Below, one piece after another: positions 1 to 14,040 of a stretch of 64,000 nt of DNA. Each line of letters begins with the position of its first letter. Within the stretch, counting starts at the first letter, position 1. Source of the DNA: Paraspadella gotoi (Eukaryota > Animalia > Chaetognatha); the NCBI GenBank assembly GCA_051294375.1, contig CM119265.1:26289472-26353471 (forward strand), in the 5' to 3' direction. The notes under the pieces were generated by a model. The model made no database searches. It saw only the letters and a list, made by a program, of their open reading frames with translations, and was not told the origin of the DNA. A program made the position numbers and the translations under genes.

Positions 1-1099
1 CCCAGTCGAGATTAGTATTGCCTTCACGTAGTTGAGCGATTTTGCTCCCGATCGGCTTTCACCTAAGTTTCGCCTCATCGGCTAAACTTCTTAAAATTCG
101 GTTTTCACTCCTTTTTTTCATCCAATCGATTAACCGATGCGGAAATAATGGAATTTTCCAAATTTTTATCTCAAGAACGATTCTATATAATGTTTAACTA
201 CAATAGGTTAAAAAGTTAATACTTAAATGCAAGTTTTTTTACCTTTTTTTGTTGTTTTTTTTTTTAATTAATACAATTTTTCTATTTTTTTTTTAAATAA
301 GGGTATATCCTTTTTTTTTCGTTAGAAATTAATTTGGAGCAAACCTAATTTTCTTTGATTTTCACTATCAATTAATTAATAATAAACGACAGCAATGAGG
401 TGTTTTATAAGTTTGTTTTTTTAATAAAAAAGAAAAAATTAAACAATTCAGTGAGAATTTTAAATATGTTTTTTTTATAAATTCCTTTTATACTTAATGC
501 TCACGATCCTTTAACAAAAATTTGAAAAACTATATTTTTTCTTTCCCTCCACAGTGCGCCATCGCATTTGATTTCCCTTTAAAAAAAAGACGAACTCCAC
601 AGTGACTGACGATTTATCCCGAGGGCAAAGATCTGATTTCTCCAACAACCATTCGCCCGATTACCCTAACGACGACAACAACAACGACAACAACAACAAT
701 CGTACGCACGATCTTCGCCCTTCGCCGATTTTCTTTTCGCCCTCTGACGGAGAAATAAAAAAACAAAACAAAATGGCGACGAAGAAATAAAAAAAAGAGA
801 AGCGAATATTCGAGTCGCGATAATAAAAATAAAGCGACGGAGTGACGTCGTTAAGTAGATTTTATTACTGTGGAGGAAGGGGGGAGGAAAACGTGGAGGG
901 GTGAGGTCTAGGTGGTTAGGTGGTTAGGTGGTTAGGAGGAAGTTGGGGGAAAAGTAGACAGGGTGGACGGTAGTTTGAAGTTTGTTCGTTGAGAGAGTTT
1001 GGTAGGGTAAGGGTAAGGGTAAGTGCAAAGAAAAGAGAAAGAAGCGCGCATTACGTTGAAGGGTTGTGTATGAGGAAGGAAACAGTTTGAGGAAAAGAA

Positions 1100-1176
<77 letters not shown>

Positions 1177-1294
1177 ATCTAACGAATAGCCAATGTTCCG
1201 CCAATTTAAGTGTCCAGGCAAATTTTTAGCGCAAAAGGAATTTGAAAAATCGAATCAGAAAACGAAAGAAAAGTTTTAGGAAATGTTGTCGATC

Positions 1295-1367
1295 GGAGAT
1301 TGTGATAGCAAATTGGAGATTATGATAGCAAATTGGGGATTATGATAGCAGATTGGCAATTGTGATA
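1295..1367. repeat. 20-bp minisatellite (ggagattgtgatagcaaatt-like) x~4
   Basis: Four tandem imperfect copies visible. Confidence 0.75.
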
Positions 1368-1971
1368 TAAGGTTTGAAATTCGTTAAATTCATTTTGAGG
1401 TCGTTGATGATTTCAGAAGTTTGACGTTTTTTAGATTCTTAGAAGTGACAGATTTCGAGTTTTAAAAAAATGTTCTTCTTCAATTCAATTTTGAAATAAA
1501 AAAAAATCAAACTTTTGACAACGTCGTCGTCGTCATCGTCGTCGTCGTCGTCATCGTCGGTCTCGTCTTCTCTGTGACCGTGAACGCGAGAAGTAAAAGC
1601 AAAAACAAATCACAACATTTTTTCATATTAAAAGACAAAAAATATTTAAAGATGAGATTTATGAAGAAAGCACTTTATTGGTTTAGCGATTGGGGAAATT
1701 AATGATTATTTTAAGTCACAGACCTTGGGCGCGTATTTTTAATATTAACCAACCGCTATATTGATCAAAAGAAAAATGAGCCTCGTTTCTAAATATATTC
1801 CTTTTTTTTCTGTCACAAACCGTTTAAGAACTTGAAGTTAGTCCCATTAGACCTGGACGTCCCTGTATTTATTGATAATAGAAAAAAGTTATTGCAACAT
1901 AAACGAAAAAAGGGGGAAAAAAAAGAACATCGCCTCTTTTTTTATTTTTTCTTTCTTTTTTCTTTTTTCTT

Positions 1972-2210
1972 TTATCTTTCTTTTTTAACGACCTCCATAT
2001 TTGGGTGGAAGAGATTATTGGGTCCGTTGGTCCGTTTTTGTCGTGGGTCGAATCGAGGTTCCGGCGGGGTCAACCGTCCGTTTGGTCCGTCGGTCCGTTC
2101 TGGTCCGTTCTGGTCCGTTCTGGTCCGTTCGGGTCCGTCCGAATTCGACCGCAAAAGTGTCGATGCGATTGAACTCAGTGTGGAGGTCAAATCTCCGAGG
2201 ACGTTAATCA
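1972..2210 (-). CDS. Probable terminal coding exon (phase 1), gene assignment uncertain
   Basis: Minus-strand acceptor ctccccttctcc...ccaaag|tg att aac; reads (V)INVLGDLTSTLSSIASTLLRSNSDGPERTRTDQNGPERTDGP...VVKKER*; contains 10-bp ggtccgttct repeats. Confidence 0.45.
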
Positions 2211-3065
2211 CTTTGGGGGGGGAGAAGGGGAGTTAAGGAGATGAGGGATAGAGAAGACGTGAGAAGATAGAGACAAAAACAAGAAACAGATTGAGAGAGA
2301 GACAGTGCCAGAAAAATAGAGAAGAGAAAAAAAAAAGACGAACTAATGGCTAATGACTAGTGCCATATCTAATGGCTAATTACTAACGCCATTAGTAATG
2401 GTAATTAGGTGGAAAACAATTGGTCAACTTTTGTTTTAAGAAAAATATGAATATGAATTACTTTTGAAATCATAGTGAGGAAGAGAAAAGAAGGGAATGA
2501 GTTAAATACGGAAAAATAAAATGTATAAAAGTAATTTAGAAATCAATACATTTTTATGTTCTCTCTTATTCTGATATAACTTTTGATGCAAAGTTTTTTC
2601 TTCCTCCTCCTCCTCCTCCTCCTCCTCCTCCTCCTCCTCCTCTTCCTCTCTGCTTGACCGCCCAACTGGTCGTAGAATTATCATTCCAATTGCGGCCAAT
2701 TACATCCCTTCCTCTCTCTTTTTTCCTATTACATCCCTTTTCCTTTTTGATTTTCTATTACATCCGCTTATTCCTTCCGTTGTCAGTCCCCGATTTTTTT
2801 AGCTTTTGATTTCATTTGTCGCATTTTTCTTTGGTCATTTTTTTTATTTTCTCTCCTTAGATCTTATTTTATAAAGATATATTTTATTCGTTTATATTCT
2901 TTATATTTTTCTTACTTACATTTACTTCGTTACTTCCCTATTTTTTTAATTTGTTTTCCTTCTATTTATAGAAATTGAGCGATTTTGACCTCATCTCTGC
3001 GTTTAATATGTACCACATCCAATCTTCCCTACCCCCCTGCCACTTCACAAACCCCCACCCCGCAG

Positions 3066-3216
3066 CGCCAAAGGTCACGCGACGGCGGGGACTTCCCTCT
3101 GGAACAACATGATGCAGCCTCTCGGGGAGAAGCAGACTTCCTGGGCAGTGGGGGAACCTCCCCTTTGTCCCGATCCGGACAACCCTTTCATCAAGACCAG
3201 CGTCAACAGCAGAACG
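3066..3216 (+). CDS. PLB1: Exon encoding the C-terminal end of a phospholipase B1-like (SGNH/GDSL) lipase domain
   Basis: Acceptor ccccaccccgcag|; translates (S)AKGHATAGTSLWNNMMQPLGEKQTSWAVGEPPLCPDPDNPFIKTSVNSRT, matching the PLB1-type xGHAxxAxxLWNNMxxPxGxK...CPxxxxP(Y/F)xxTxxNS signature; donor acg|gttatt (phase 0). The upstream catalytic exons are not seen in the window. Confidence 0.75.
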
Positions 3217-3260
3217 GTTATTATAAGGAGCGGGAGAGGGAGAGAGAAGTGGGGAGGGAA

Positions 3261-3317
<57 letters not shown>

Positions 3318-3785
3318 GTGTGTGCATTTATGTGAAAGATAGGGATAAAGAAAAACGAAAGATAGAGACAAAAAACAGAGAAAAATAAATAAGGGAGAAT
3401 GAAAAAAGAAAGAATGGGCGTTGTTTAGTCGTAAAGACGAGAAAAAAAGTTTCTAAAAAACGGGACTTCTATCTCAGTTTATGAAAACAGAGAAAAAACG
3501 ATATTTGGGCAAAAAAAGAAGAAAAAAAAAAGGAAACCACGATTTTCTTTTTTTTTCGTCGCCTCCAGAAAATCAGATGAAAATTTTTTTTTTTCAGTCG
3601 TCACGTCACTTTGAATTAATGTTATGCCTTGTCTTGTTTTAGAATGTCTTTTTTTATTCTATACTCTGTATATTGCGTTCTAAAGCTTTAGTACAGAGTC
3701 ACTTAAGTTAGAAATTAGTTGTTCATGAGTCATGTCTAGGCATGTTTCGTCGTGTCTTGTCATGTAACCTCACTTACCCTGTCAG

Positions 3786-3885
3786 CCTCTAACGACGGAA
3801 GAGACTCAAGTTTGGGTGAGGAGTGGAGTGCAAAGCGGAAGTCCGAGAGAAGTCGTGGAAGAACTTGGGAAGGCCGTTTTTGAAG
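3786..3885 (+). CDS. Next exon of the PLB1-like gene (C-terminal extension)
   Basis: Acceptor ttaccctgtcag|, donor gaag|gtgagg; reads PLTTEETQVWVRSGVQSGSPREVVEELGKAVFE; phase-0 start matches the preceding exon and it ends in phase 1. Confidence 0.6.
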
Positions 3886-3889
3886 GTGA

Positions 3890-4396
3890 GGAAAGAAAAG
3901 AAAAGAAAAGAAAAGAAAAGAAAAGAAAAGAAAAGAAAAGAAAAGAAAAGAAAAGAAAAGAAAAAAAAGAAAAGAAAAAGAAAAGAAAAGAAAAAGAAAG
4001 GAGAGGAAAGGAGAGGAAAGGAAAGGAAAGGATAAGAAAAAAGGACAAAAGAAAAGAAAAGAAAAGAAAAGAAAAGAAGAAAAAAAGAAAAAGAAAAGAA
4101 CAGAACAGAACAGAAACAGAACAAGAACAGAACAGAACCAGAACAGAAAAGAAAAGAAAAGAAAAGGAGAGGAAAGGAGAGGAAAGGAAAGGAAAGGAAA
4201 AGAAAAAAGGAGAAAAGAAAGAAAAGAAATTTTTAATAGTAAAAGGAAATAAAAAGGAAAAGCTAGAAAAAATGAGATAAAAAGATAGAAAAAGGATAGA
4301 AAAAAGCTAGAAAAAATAAGATAAAAAGATAGAAAAAAGATAGAAAAAAGCTAGAAAAAATGAGATAAAAAGATAGAAAAAGGATAGAAAAAAAGC
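3890..4396. repeat. (GAAAA)n / A-rich tandem repeats, including a ~40-bp unit (aaaagctagaaaaaatgagataaaaagatag...)
   Basis: Direct inspection. Confidence 0.85.
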
Positions 4397-4524
4397 TGTC
4401 AATGTCAGGCGACGAGGAACAGACGATGGTTTCCCTTCAATTTTAATCTCAAACATAAAACATTAAAGAGGATTTTTTGTCTTTGGAGTGAATCCTTATT
4501 CCTTCTGCCAAGGAGGTTTTAAGT

Positions 4525-4563
<39 letters not shown>

Positions 4564-4641
4564 GAGAAAGAAAGATCTAGGAGGATGACTCAAGAGAGAG
4601 AGAGAGAGACAGGAGAGAGAGAGAATGAGAGAGGAACGAGA

Positions 4642-4685
<44 letters not shown>

Positions 4686-5700
4686 GAGACAGAGAAGATA
4701 ATGACCCCTTGAAATTCGACGAGAGTTTAGGTCTCCTCTTCTATCTTCTCAGTTTTCGTCTGTCAATATTTTTTGAACCGAAAATTAACTGATCCTAGGT
4801 TGACCGAGTCTCTTAAAGGAATCATGAATCGGTTGACAAAAATCTACTTCTCTCTCCTCTCTCTCCCTCTCTCCTCTCCTTTCTCTCTCTTCTCTCTCTC
4901 TCTTGCATCTATCATTCTTCTAATTATTGTGCCACAAAATTTAAATGTTTAAACATAAACTTTCATTGGAGCTTGAAATCCGTTTTATGAAAAAGATAAG
5001 AAGGAAATTTTTTGCGGGGAGATGCCAATAAAACAAATTAGGGAAGCTTGCTAAATTCTTTAAGAAAAAAAGAAAGACAAGCGAGAGACGAAGAGAGAGG
5101 CAGGGAGGGAGAGAGGGAAGGAGGAGGAGAGAGGAGAGCAGAGAGACGAGGAGAGGAGAGAGAGAGAGAGAGGAGGGAGAGAAGCAAGAGAAGCCACGGG
5201 CGGAGAGGAACGGGGGAAGAGCGAGGATGAAAGAGAGACGAAGAGGGAGGAGAGAGAGGGAGGTAGACAGTTTTTCATGAATTATATTCCGGTGAATGAA
5301 TCTGATGAGGTGAAGAAAGGCGGAAAAAGAAAGGTATGGAAAAAGAAAGGCTTTCAATAAAAAAAGTGTAAGAAGAAAGTCAGGAAAATATTAAATAGGG
5401 AGAAGAGATAAGAGTTAAAAAGTAGGAAGAAGAAAGAAAGAAAGAGAGGAAAGAAAGAAAGAAGAAAAAGAAAGAAAAGAAGAAAGAAAGAAAGAAAGAA
5501 AAGAAGGAGAAAGGAAGAACAAGAAAGAAATTAGTGGAAAATTGAAAGGAAAAGAAAATAAAGGAATTTAAAAACAAAAGGAGAAAAATAATTTTCTCGG
5601 GAGTGAGAAGAGAGAAAAAAAGAGAGAGAGCAGAGAGAGAGGATAGAGAGAGAAGAGAGAGAGAGTAGAGAGAGAGAGAAGGTAGAAGAGAGAGAGAGGA

Positions 5701-5745
<45 letters not shown>

Positions 5746-6155
5746 AAGAGACGAGCGAATAGTGAATACGAAAATAAAGGGAAGAAATCGTTCGCGCTGT
5801 CTCACTCAACTATCGCTCACTCACTCAGATTCACGGATTCCGTGGACCCCACAATATTCTTTCACGCATCATTCAATATGAAGGAATCGTGTTTTCTCCT
5901 CCCTCCTTCTACTTTCCCCCTCTACTTCCTCTCACCCCTTCCTCCCCCAACCTCTTTGATTCTTTCTCTTGGTCTCATCTAAAAATTCTTGGAGGACGCT
6001 TGGAAGAGAAAATGGCGTCGATGGGGCTGCAGACACGCGGCCTTCTTGCTGCCATCTTGTTTAGCAATCACTTTTCTCTCTCTCTCTCTGTCTCTCTCTC
6101 CTCTCTCTCTTCTCTCTCTCTCTCTCTCTCATCTCTCTCTACTTTCTTTCTTTTT

Positions 6156-6196
<41 letters not shown>

Positions 6197-6754
6197 TTTC
6201 TTTCTTTCCTTCTTTCTCTCTTCTCTCTCTCTCTCTCTCTCTCTCNNNNNNNNNNNNNNNNNNNNNNNNNATCTTTAGTCTATTCGTCTTAATCTTTTTC
6301 TCTTTTTTATTTTTTGTATTTCCTTTCTCTTTTTAGTTGCGCCGCGATTATTCAATCTTTGGACTGTCTGTCCTTCTGTCTGTCTGCAGATATGTCCTTT
6401 TTAATTACTACATTGATTAGGTTTATATTTGGTAGAAGGGTAAGAAAGCACAAAACTTTTAATATGCATACAACATATCATACTTGTGCAGTTACGTAAT
6501 CTCGAAAACATGACCAGAAATTCAATGCGGTATAATTCTTGAAATACTGATTCATTTAAATTAATTAGAAGCAGACGGATAAGGCATCAGTAAATGCTTT
6601 TTGTATGAGTGTAAAGAACTACAGTCACTTGATTAGAAAGTAAATGCGGCATATTTGAATACGGTTTAGTTGTATTTTTTAATACTACTGAGTAAGTAAT
6701 AGACGGCAAAATGATTCTTGTACGTATGTTAAATACTAATGTAATACAATGATC

Positions 6755-6796
6755 TTCATCATCATCATCATCATCATCATCATTATCATCATCATT

Positions 6797-6861
<65 letters not shown>
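6755..6861. repeat. (ATC)n microsatellite
   Basis: About 35 trinucleotide units. Confidence 0.95.
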
Positions 6862-7007
6862 TTCGGCGCAACTGATAAAGTTGTTGTTTCTTCCTTTTTA
6901 TCTCCTCCTCCTTCTCCTCCTCCTCTTCCTCCTCCTCTTTCTCCTCTATCGACGTCCAAACTTCTGAATTGTATTAGATTTCACAATCAACTTGTTTGCT
7001 TTTTTCT

Positions 7008-7038
<31 letters not shown>

Positions 7039-7169
7039 TCTTTTTGTCAATGCAATTTTCCACTTTGTTTGTTTAGCGCGCGATGCCTTAATTTCAGGTT
7101 TGGACGCAGGAGGGAGGAGCGAGAGAACGAACAATGAGTGGGTAAAGAAGAGAGAGTAGGTCTGAGGGG

Positions 7170-7221
<52 letters not shown>

Positions 7222-7742
7222 CAGTCTCCTTCCCCTTTTTCTCTCTTCCCTCTTCCTCCCTCCTTCCCCTCCACTTAAAAAACAAAAGAACACAGAGAGG
7301 CGGCGATTTTCTGGTCAAAACAAAACGTCGCTGGGACGACGACGCTGATGGTCGTCGTCGTCGTTCTGATCGTCGCTGTCCATGATTCTGAATCGAATTG
7401 GTGGACTTGACTTGTTTAATTCTGTTTATTTTATCGCCATTTAAATTTAAATTATGAGTTTTATTAAATTGATTTCATTGTTATAAATCAACAATGAGTT
7501 CGACATCTGTTACAATTTTAAATAGTACATACGCAATTTAATTTCCGGTTCTTTGTGTAAGAAGAAAAAAAAATCAGAAATGCAAACCTGAATCACTGAT
7601 TCAAAACAAACACAACAAAAAAAAATAAGCAGACAAATGTTTTCCCTGACAAGAAGTAAACAATAATAAAAAAAGTAAACAAAGATGAAAAACGCAAATG
7701 GACGAAAGACAAATGAACAAATGAAAAACGAAGGGAAAAAGA

Positions 7743-7870
<128 letters not shown>

Positions 7871-10800
7871 GTCAACTCCAGGAAAAAAACGAATTTAAAC
7901 ATTTATTTTTTTTTTCGTCGGTCATTTTTCTTTTGCTTCGTAAAAATGAGAAGAACTTAAAAAATTGATAGAAGAGATAGAGAGAGAGATAGAAGAGATA
8001 GAGATAGAGATAGAAGAGATAGAGATAGAGTTAGAAGAGTATTAATTAAACAATTGAAACTCTCATTGAAATATTATTCCACTTCATTGACAGGAAAGCC
8101 AGGTACTCTGAAAGTGAATAAACGAGACTGTGAGAGAGTCTTGATTGAAAGCTTGCAGGGAACTGCTATGTCATTAGCTTGTAAGAGTGATGGAGATAAG
8201 ATAGCTTATTTATTAAATAAATGGATAATAATATATTTGTTGTACCAATTATATAGAAAAGTCGAAAAATTTATGAGGTGAGCCGAACAAAAAGAAAAAA
8301 AGGGGAAAACTAAAGAGAAAGAATAAAGAAAAATAACAAATAAAAGAAAATATATGAAAGATAAGTAAATAAACAGAGCAAATAAATAAAAGAAGTTAGA
8401 ATTCCAAAATATGATTTATGAAACTCCGACCTAAGAAAAGTTCCATCGGAAAATCTTTGACCGAATCGCATATAATTCTTCTTTTTCTCTTCGGAAGAAA
8501 AAATCGTTCTTTGAAAAATAATATTTGCTTCTTGAAATATAAATATTTGGCTGACCTCTCTCAGCGGCGGCGGCGGCGGCGGCTGTGGAATCGGGAAAAA
8601 ATGTTTTTTTCCTTTCCTTTTTTCTTTTTTCCCTTTTTTTTTTTGAAGCGGCTGTTGAAGTAACCCGGATGTTTATATATATACTATATAGTATATATTA
8701 TATAAGCAGCAGGACCCGGTGTTATAACAATTGGAAGAGAAAAACAAATTAGTAAATAATATTAGGGTCGAAAAGGACACAGAGTATCTTCTTTTCTAAA
8801 TATATATCATCGTAAAGCTTATAAATCATGTTTACAATTTGTTGTTGTGCAATTAGAACCACGGTAAAAATGTAAATGACGGGGAAAAAATTTGTAGAAT
8901 ATATTCATTATAATCTTAGATGAAGATATCAATCTCAATGCTGAGAGTATACTAGCCAACGGTTGGATAGTAATATTTCTCTCGCAAATATATAATTTTG
9001 TTCACCATATCAGTTTGATATTTTTGCAGGTGCAAACACCGTTGAAGAACCTAAAAAGCTCGGCAGACCGGAAGCGGAATTGCACCACTTATCAATTGCC
9101 TCTGCGATAATCTGGACCGTTAGGAACGGGTAAAGTCACGAAATTGAGTATATAGGTGCGAACCTACGACAGAGGGGGTAAAAATAAATTTGCTCCAGAA
9201 TAACCTAGAGTGTCAATTATCATATTAAACTCAAATTGTCTCCACAACAGTAACCGGCGGGCCGCCTCTCTCTTCCTCCTCCGTGCCGCCTGCGTCATCT
9301 CATGCCTCGGTCGCCCCGCCCCTTCCCGCTCCGGTCCTGTATTTCGAGGTTTTTTTGTTTACAATACTTAATCATCACCATCTGACATCCCTTATCTCCT
9401 CTCACATATATTATCTCTCGGCTTCTCTTCGACCCTCGTGGCTCCCTGACATTGGTCACCGTTTCACCTACCTCTTAAATTCGTTCTTGTTTTTTTTCAT
9501 CAGACTCATCGCCATCGCATCGTTTCTTACCTCATCTCGAGTCCTCCATCTGGCGTCTGCGCGTTTGCCGCTGAGCGACATCTCTTTGAGTACACTTGCG
9601 CAGGCTGCGGAGGTCGCACGTCTCATCTAATCTGTTGAGTTGCCCGAGATATGCCGGCGCCGACGAGAGAGCCCACAGTGAAAATTTGCGGAGAAATATA
9701 AATACATATAAACCACTCACGGGGGGGCGTGGGGGGGTGCGGGATGGGTTGTAGGAGTGGTTTTTAGGGATTGAAGATTGAAGGGTGGTTTTGGGGGTAG
9801 NNNNNNNNNNNNNNNNNNNNNNNNNGGGTGGCAACGTCGAGGTAAGGGATGACTAAGGAAAGGCGGAAAGCGGAAGGATGAGACGGGGTAAGTTTTAAAA
9901 AACCGCGGCGGCGGCGGCGGCGGCGGCGGCAGCGGTTGAAAACAAGACAAAATTATTTTGCGGAGAGAAATCTCCACGGGATATTCTCTGTCTCTCTGTC
10001 TCTATCTCTCTCCCACAGACGGAGGAAGGGCAGAAAATTTATGGGAGAGAAAGAGAGAAAGAGAGAGACAGAGAGACAGAGAGAGACGAGAGAAAGAGAC
10101 AAGAGAGAGAGAGACGGAGGACGGACGAGCAGGAGACACGCGTGACCCGGCGGGCAGAGTGGTACCGAGGACGCCGATCCACGCTGTCCGCTCCCCGTAC
10201 CAGTCATGGCACAATATACCCCGGGGAGGAGAGCCTAACCCAGACACCTAGCGAGATCAGAAGCTTGCTCACAAGCCCCGACGCAGTACTACAGGTCCCG
10301 GGGCGGAACCGCGTACCGGGCTGCCGGGCCTCAGCGGCAGCGAGGCCGCGCGCGGCCGGGGACGCGGCGGCGGGAGCGGCGCGCCGCGCGGGCGCAGCGA
10401 CGCGGGGCGCACACGACGAGCCGGCAGACGAGCGAGGACGACTTGAGACAAACGGCCGGCGGCGGGAGGGCGAAGGGGCGGGAAGTGCGGGTACGCAGGC
10501 CAGGATTCCTGCTGTTTCCGTTCTTTTTTTCTTTCTGTCCATTCTTGTGCGACAACACGCACATTCTGCGAACAACAAGAGCGAGAGCAACCTAGGCCGT
10601 GGGTGCGGGAGGAGCGCCGTATGAAGAACTCAACCGGGGTTCCATTTATGAGGGGAAACATAAATTTTTCGAACTCGCAGCCTATGTAAAAGATTTGATT
10701 TTTCCACTTTGTATTAAAATTGAAGAATATAAACTTGGCTTCATTAAACAAAATCCCTTTGAGTTCCCACTTGTCTATAGAAATTTAAAAAAAAAATTTT

Positions 10801-13357
10801 TTGAATTTCATCTTCAAGTAATTATTATACGCCACAGTAGTGCTTACAAAGAGTTACTTAAAGGCCATTATCCTTACTATACTAATTTGGGATGATAATA
10901 ATCAGTAACCTGATAATCTCAGTGTTGACAGTATTGCAGTAAATCATAATGAAGTGGAAATTCAAACAAAAAATACTTCAAATGCCAAAATGTCAATAAA
11001 AAAATATCAAAGCCATTTTCAGGTGAGAAGCCCACTATCTAAGTTTTTAACTTACTAATGATCGCACCACTTTTGGTAAAACTTTTAGAATCAATTCATA
11101 ATAATTATTGTATTTAAAAAAAATAACGAGGCTAAGAGTGACAGCCCAAACCTATAAAAGCGTAGGTAGGTTTTATTTTAAAACAGCGCTGGACGGCCGA
11201 CGAGAGAGACGACGACGACACGAACGACGACGCACGACTAGCGTCACAAAGAAGCTGCGAGAGCACCAATCATATCAAGGCCTGAAACCGCCGCTTCGGC
11301 CGGTCATGCTTGATTAAACAAGCTGCAGAGCTGAGCACTCATGTAGAGTAATAATAAAAATATATTTGATAAATCAAAACAAACAATATGGGGGACGCTT
11401 GTAACAATATGAAACATGTGCAATTCTAACAAAGATCTTGCTGATTAAAAGCTATATCTGAGAAATTCTTAACTTCGCTATGGTAGCGGGTATACACTAC
11501 TTGTACATTAGACTCTGCTCTACGTGAGGTAAAAAAACCGCGATAAAATAACGGACGCGTCTATAAAGTAAGCAGAAGCGGAACCCAAATTCACGCCAAG
11601 CTTGGGCTTTAGCCCTTCTGGCGAGATAAAAAACAAACTTTGCAAATCTCGGGGTGAATACCGCAAGGCATTGTGTAAACAAGAGGAATGTCGTAATGAG
11701 AGAGGAGGCACGGGGCTCTGATCTTTATTGACCTGCGTGCCTGGGGATTCAGGCGATGTCCTGCGAGCGTACTCTTCTTCCAGAATTGAGCGCAAGTGGG
11801 GGGACACCGGACTGAGAGAGCGACGTGTCTCGGGACAGCCAATGAGAGACGAGAGCGGAGAGTGAGCGAGAACGAGAGAAAGAGAGAGAGTGAGTGAGAG
11901 AGAGACCGACCTCTCTCCCAATTAGGTTTCTTCCTGAGGTTTTATCGGAAAAAAAATGAAATAAACGAATATTCAACATTTTGAATGTTAATCTTGGGAA
12001 AGAAAGAGAAAAGAGGAAAAAGAGGAAGAAAAATAAGAAAAAATTAAAGAAAAAACAATAAGGTTTCAATGATTGGACGGAAACATTAGTTGAGAAACAA
12101 TACTAATAAGAATTAAAGTCAAATCTTTTAATTACAATGGATTATTATGAAAAGATTTATGAACAATATTGTTCATTTAATAATAATTAATCGAAGTTAA
12201 CGACAAAGACCCAAGTGAAATATCATGAGACTTTCGACCAAGGTGACGACGACAACAACAACCAAAACGACGACAACTATCATCATTATGACTTTCACAA
12301 CAAAGGTTTTAAAACAGTGAATAAAAAAAACAATCTTTAGTGTTAATATTAATGCGTAAATGTTAATATGTTTAGATTAATATGTTAATATTAATGTGTT
12401 AATGTTAATATGTTAATATTACCATATTACCATTCACTTTTTGTTTTGCCTAAACTTTCTGTTTCTCATAATCCTTCTGTTTTTCCTGATCTTTTCATTT
12501 TGTTTCTTTGTTTCTTTAAATCTTTCTGTTTTCTTTATGCAGAAACGGAAGGATCAAAAACGGATGTGACTTCGAACGACCATTTGCCAGACGCGACGGG
12601 TTTGAGCGCATCCGACTGAGGGACGAACGCGGGTTTGATCGCATCCAAGAAGATTGACCGCATGAGTGATCCCATTTCCACATACGGTGATCACATTTAC
12701 TTTTTTATTGCGGACACTCGCGATGCGAACGACTGATCTGACTTTCTGTTTTATTTCTCTTCAAAAGCCACTGTATTGATTTTATCAATAAATATAATAA
12801 ATTTTATTACTTTTATTGCACAATAAAAACGTTTTTTAACTAGCGGCGAGAGAAGAGAAGAGAATAATGAATCATGATGAAGAAATAATCGATAAAACGT
12901 CTGAACTGAAAAAAAAAATACTTGACTCGGAAGAGGAAAGAAAAAAAAAACATCTGGAAAGAAAAAGGGGAAAAATATTGCAGAAAAATGTCTGGAAATT
13001 AGATTAATAAAGTTCTAACGTCAGAGGCATGAGAGAAAATAATGTTAACCGATTAAATCGCAATTTGAAAAAATAATTTAATCAATGAAATTTTAAATTC
13101 GACGAGAGAGGAACTGATAAAAGTCTAGATTAATAATTTTACCGACGAAGAGAAAATTTGAGTGATTTTTTCAGCTGAAGCCAGATCGTGAAATTAGTTC
13201 GCTGGAATATTTTATTTTCGTTGAAAGAGATTGAGTTACACAGAAAGTTTAATAGTTTTTAGTAGTTAATAGTAGTTGATAGTAGTTAATAGCAGTTTAG
13301 AGTTATAGTTAACACTTCCGAAGGCGCCTAAAGACGACCGTGAGGGAGAGAGAGAGG

Positions 13358-13425
<68 letters not shown>

Positions 13426-13769
13426 GAGACGCCGTCATTCAGCAAATACCTCACTTACCCGGGTTCCACTTCACTCACCGCAATAGAGGGCGAGTTACAA
13501 CTCGACTCTTTTTAATCACCTACTTTTCAAATTCATCGTTCATTCTGGCGGGAAAATCCCGATTGAGACATTTATGGTGAGAGGATTGAGGGGGCGGAGA
13601 GGGGGGTGGTGGAACTTCACGTTTCCAGTGAATCGAGTTGGAGGTGAATTATCACATCGTGATTTTTAATAGTGAAATTTTTTTCCATCTTTTTTTATTT
13701 TTTCTTTTGAAACCAGTCATCAACAAATAATCCACTTTTTCTCGTTAAAAAAAGTTGGAGATGGATTGA

Positions 13770-13809
<40 letters not shown>

Positions 13810-14040
13810 ACAACAAACGAGTGAAAAACTTTGATTTCGGATTCAAGAATCGAAATTTAATCTCAGTTTCCATCTGCGTCTAGCCTCTACGATTGCGGCG
13901 CACGAGCGAAACATTACGGTGCCCGAGTGAAAAATGTGCGGTGCTCGAGCGGTGACCATTGATCAGTGACCAAGCCTCGGATTAAAGATAACGCGGTGCC
14001 ATTTCCCCTTTTTTTTCGTTCATTCGTTCACCTGCGTGAT

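Noticed and set aside
602-790. 62-aa ORF as a terminal exon
   Set aside because: Low-complexity D/N content and no pyrimidine tract at the in-frame AG; the better acceptor at 554 is closed in all three frames by position 605.
5990-6070. Signal-peptide-like start MASMGLQTRGLLAAILF
   Set aside because: Runs directly into (CT)n with no donor site; unsupported.
9030-9130. Exon-like segment (tttttgcag|…KKLGRP…|gtaaag)
   Set aside because: Splice-like ends are present but there are no partner exons or recognisable homology; insufficient support.
10140-10625. Very GC-rich island with overlapping ORFs on both strands
   Set aside because: Open frames are explained by GC content; no recognisable motif or consistent splice sites; lies beside a 25-N gap in noisy sequence.
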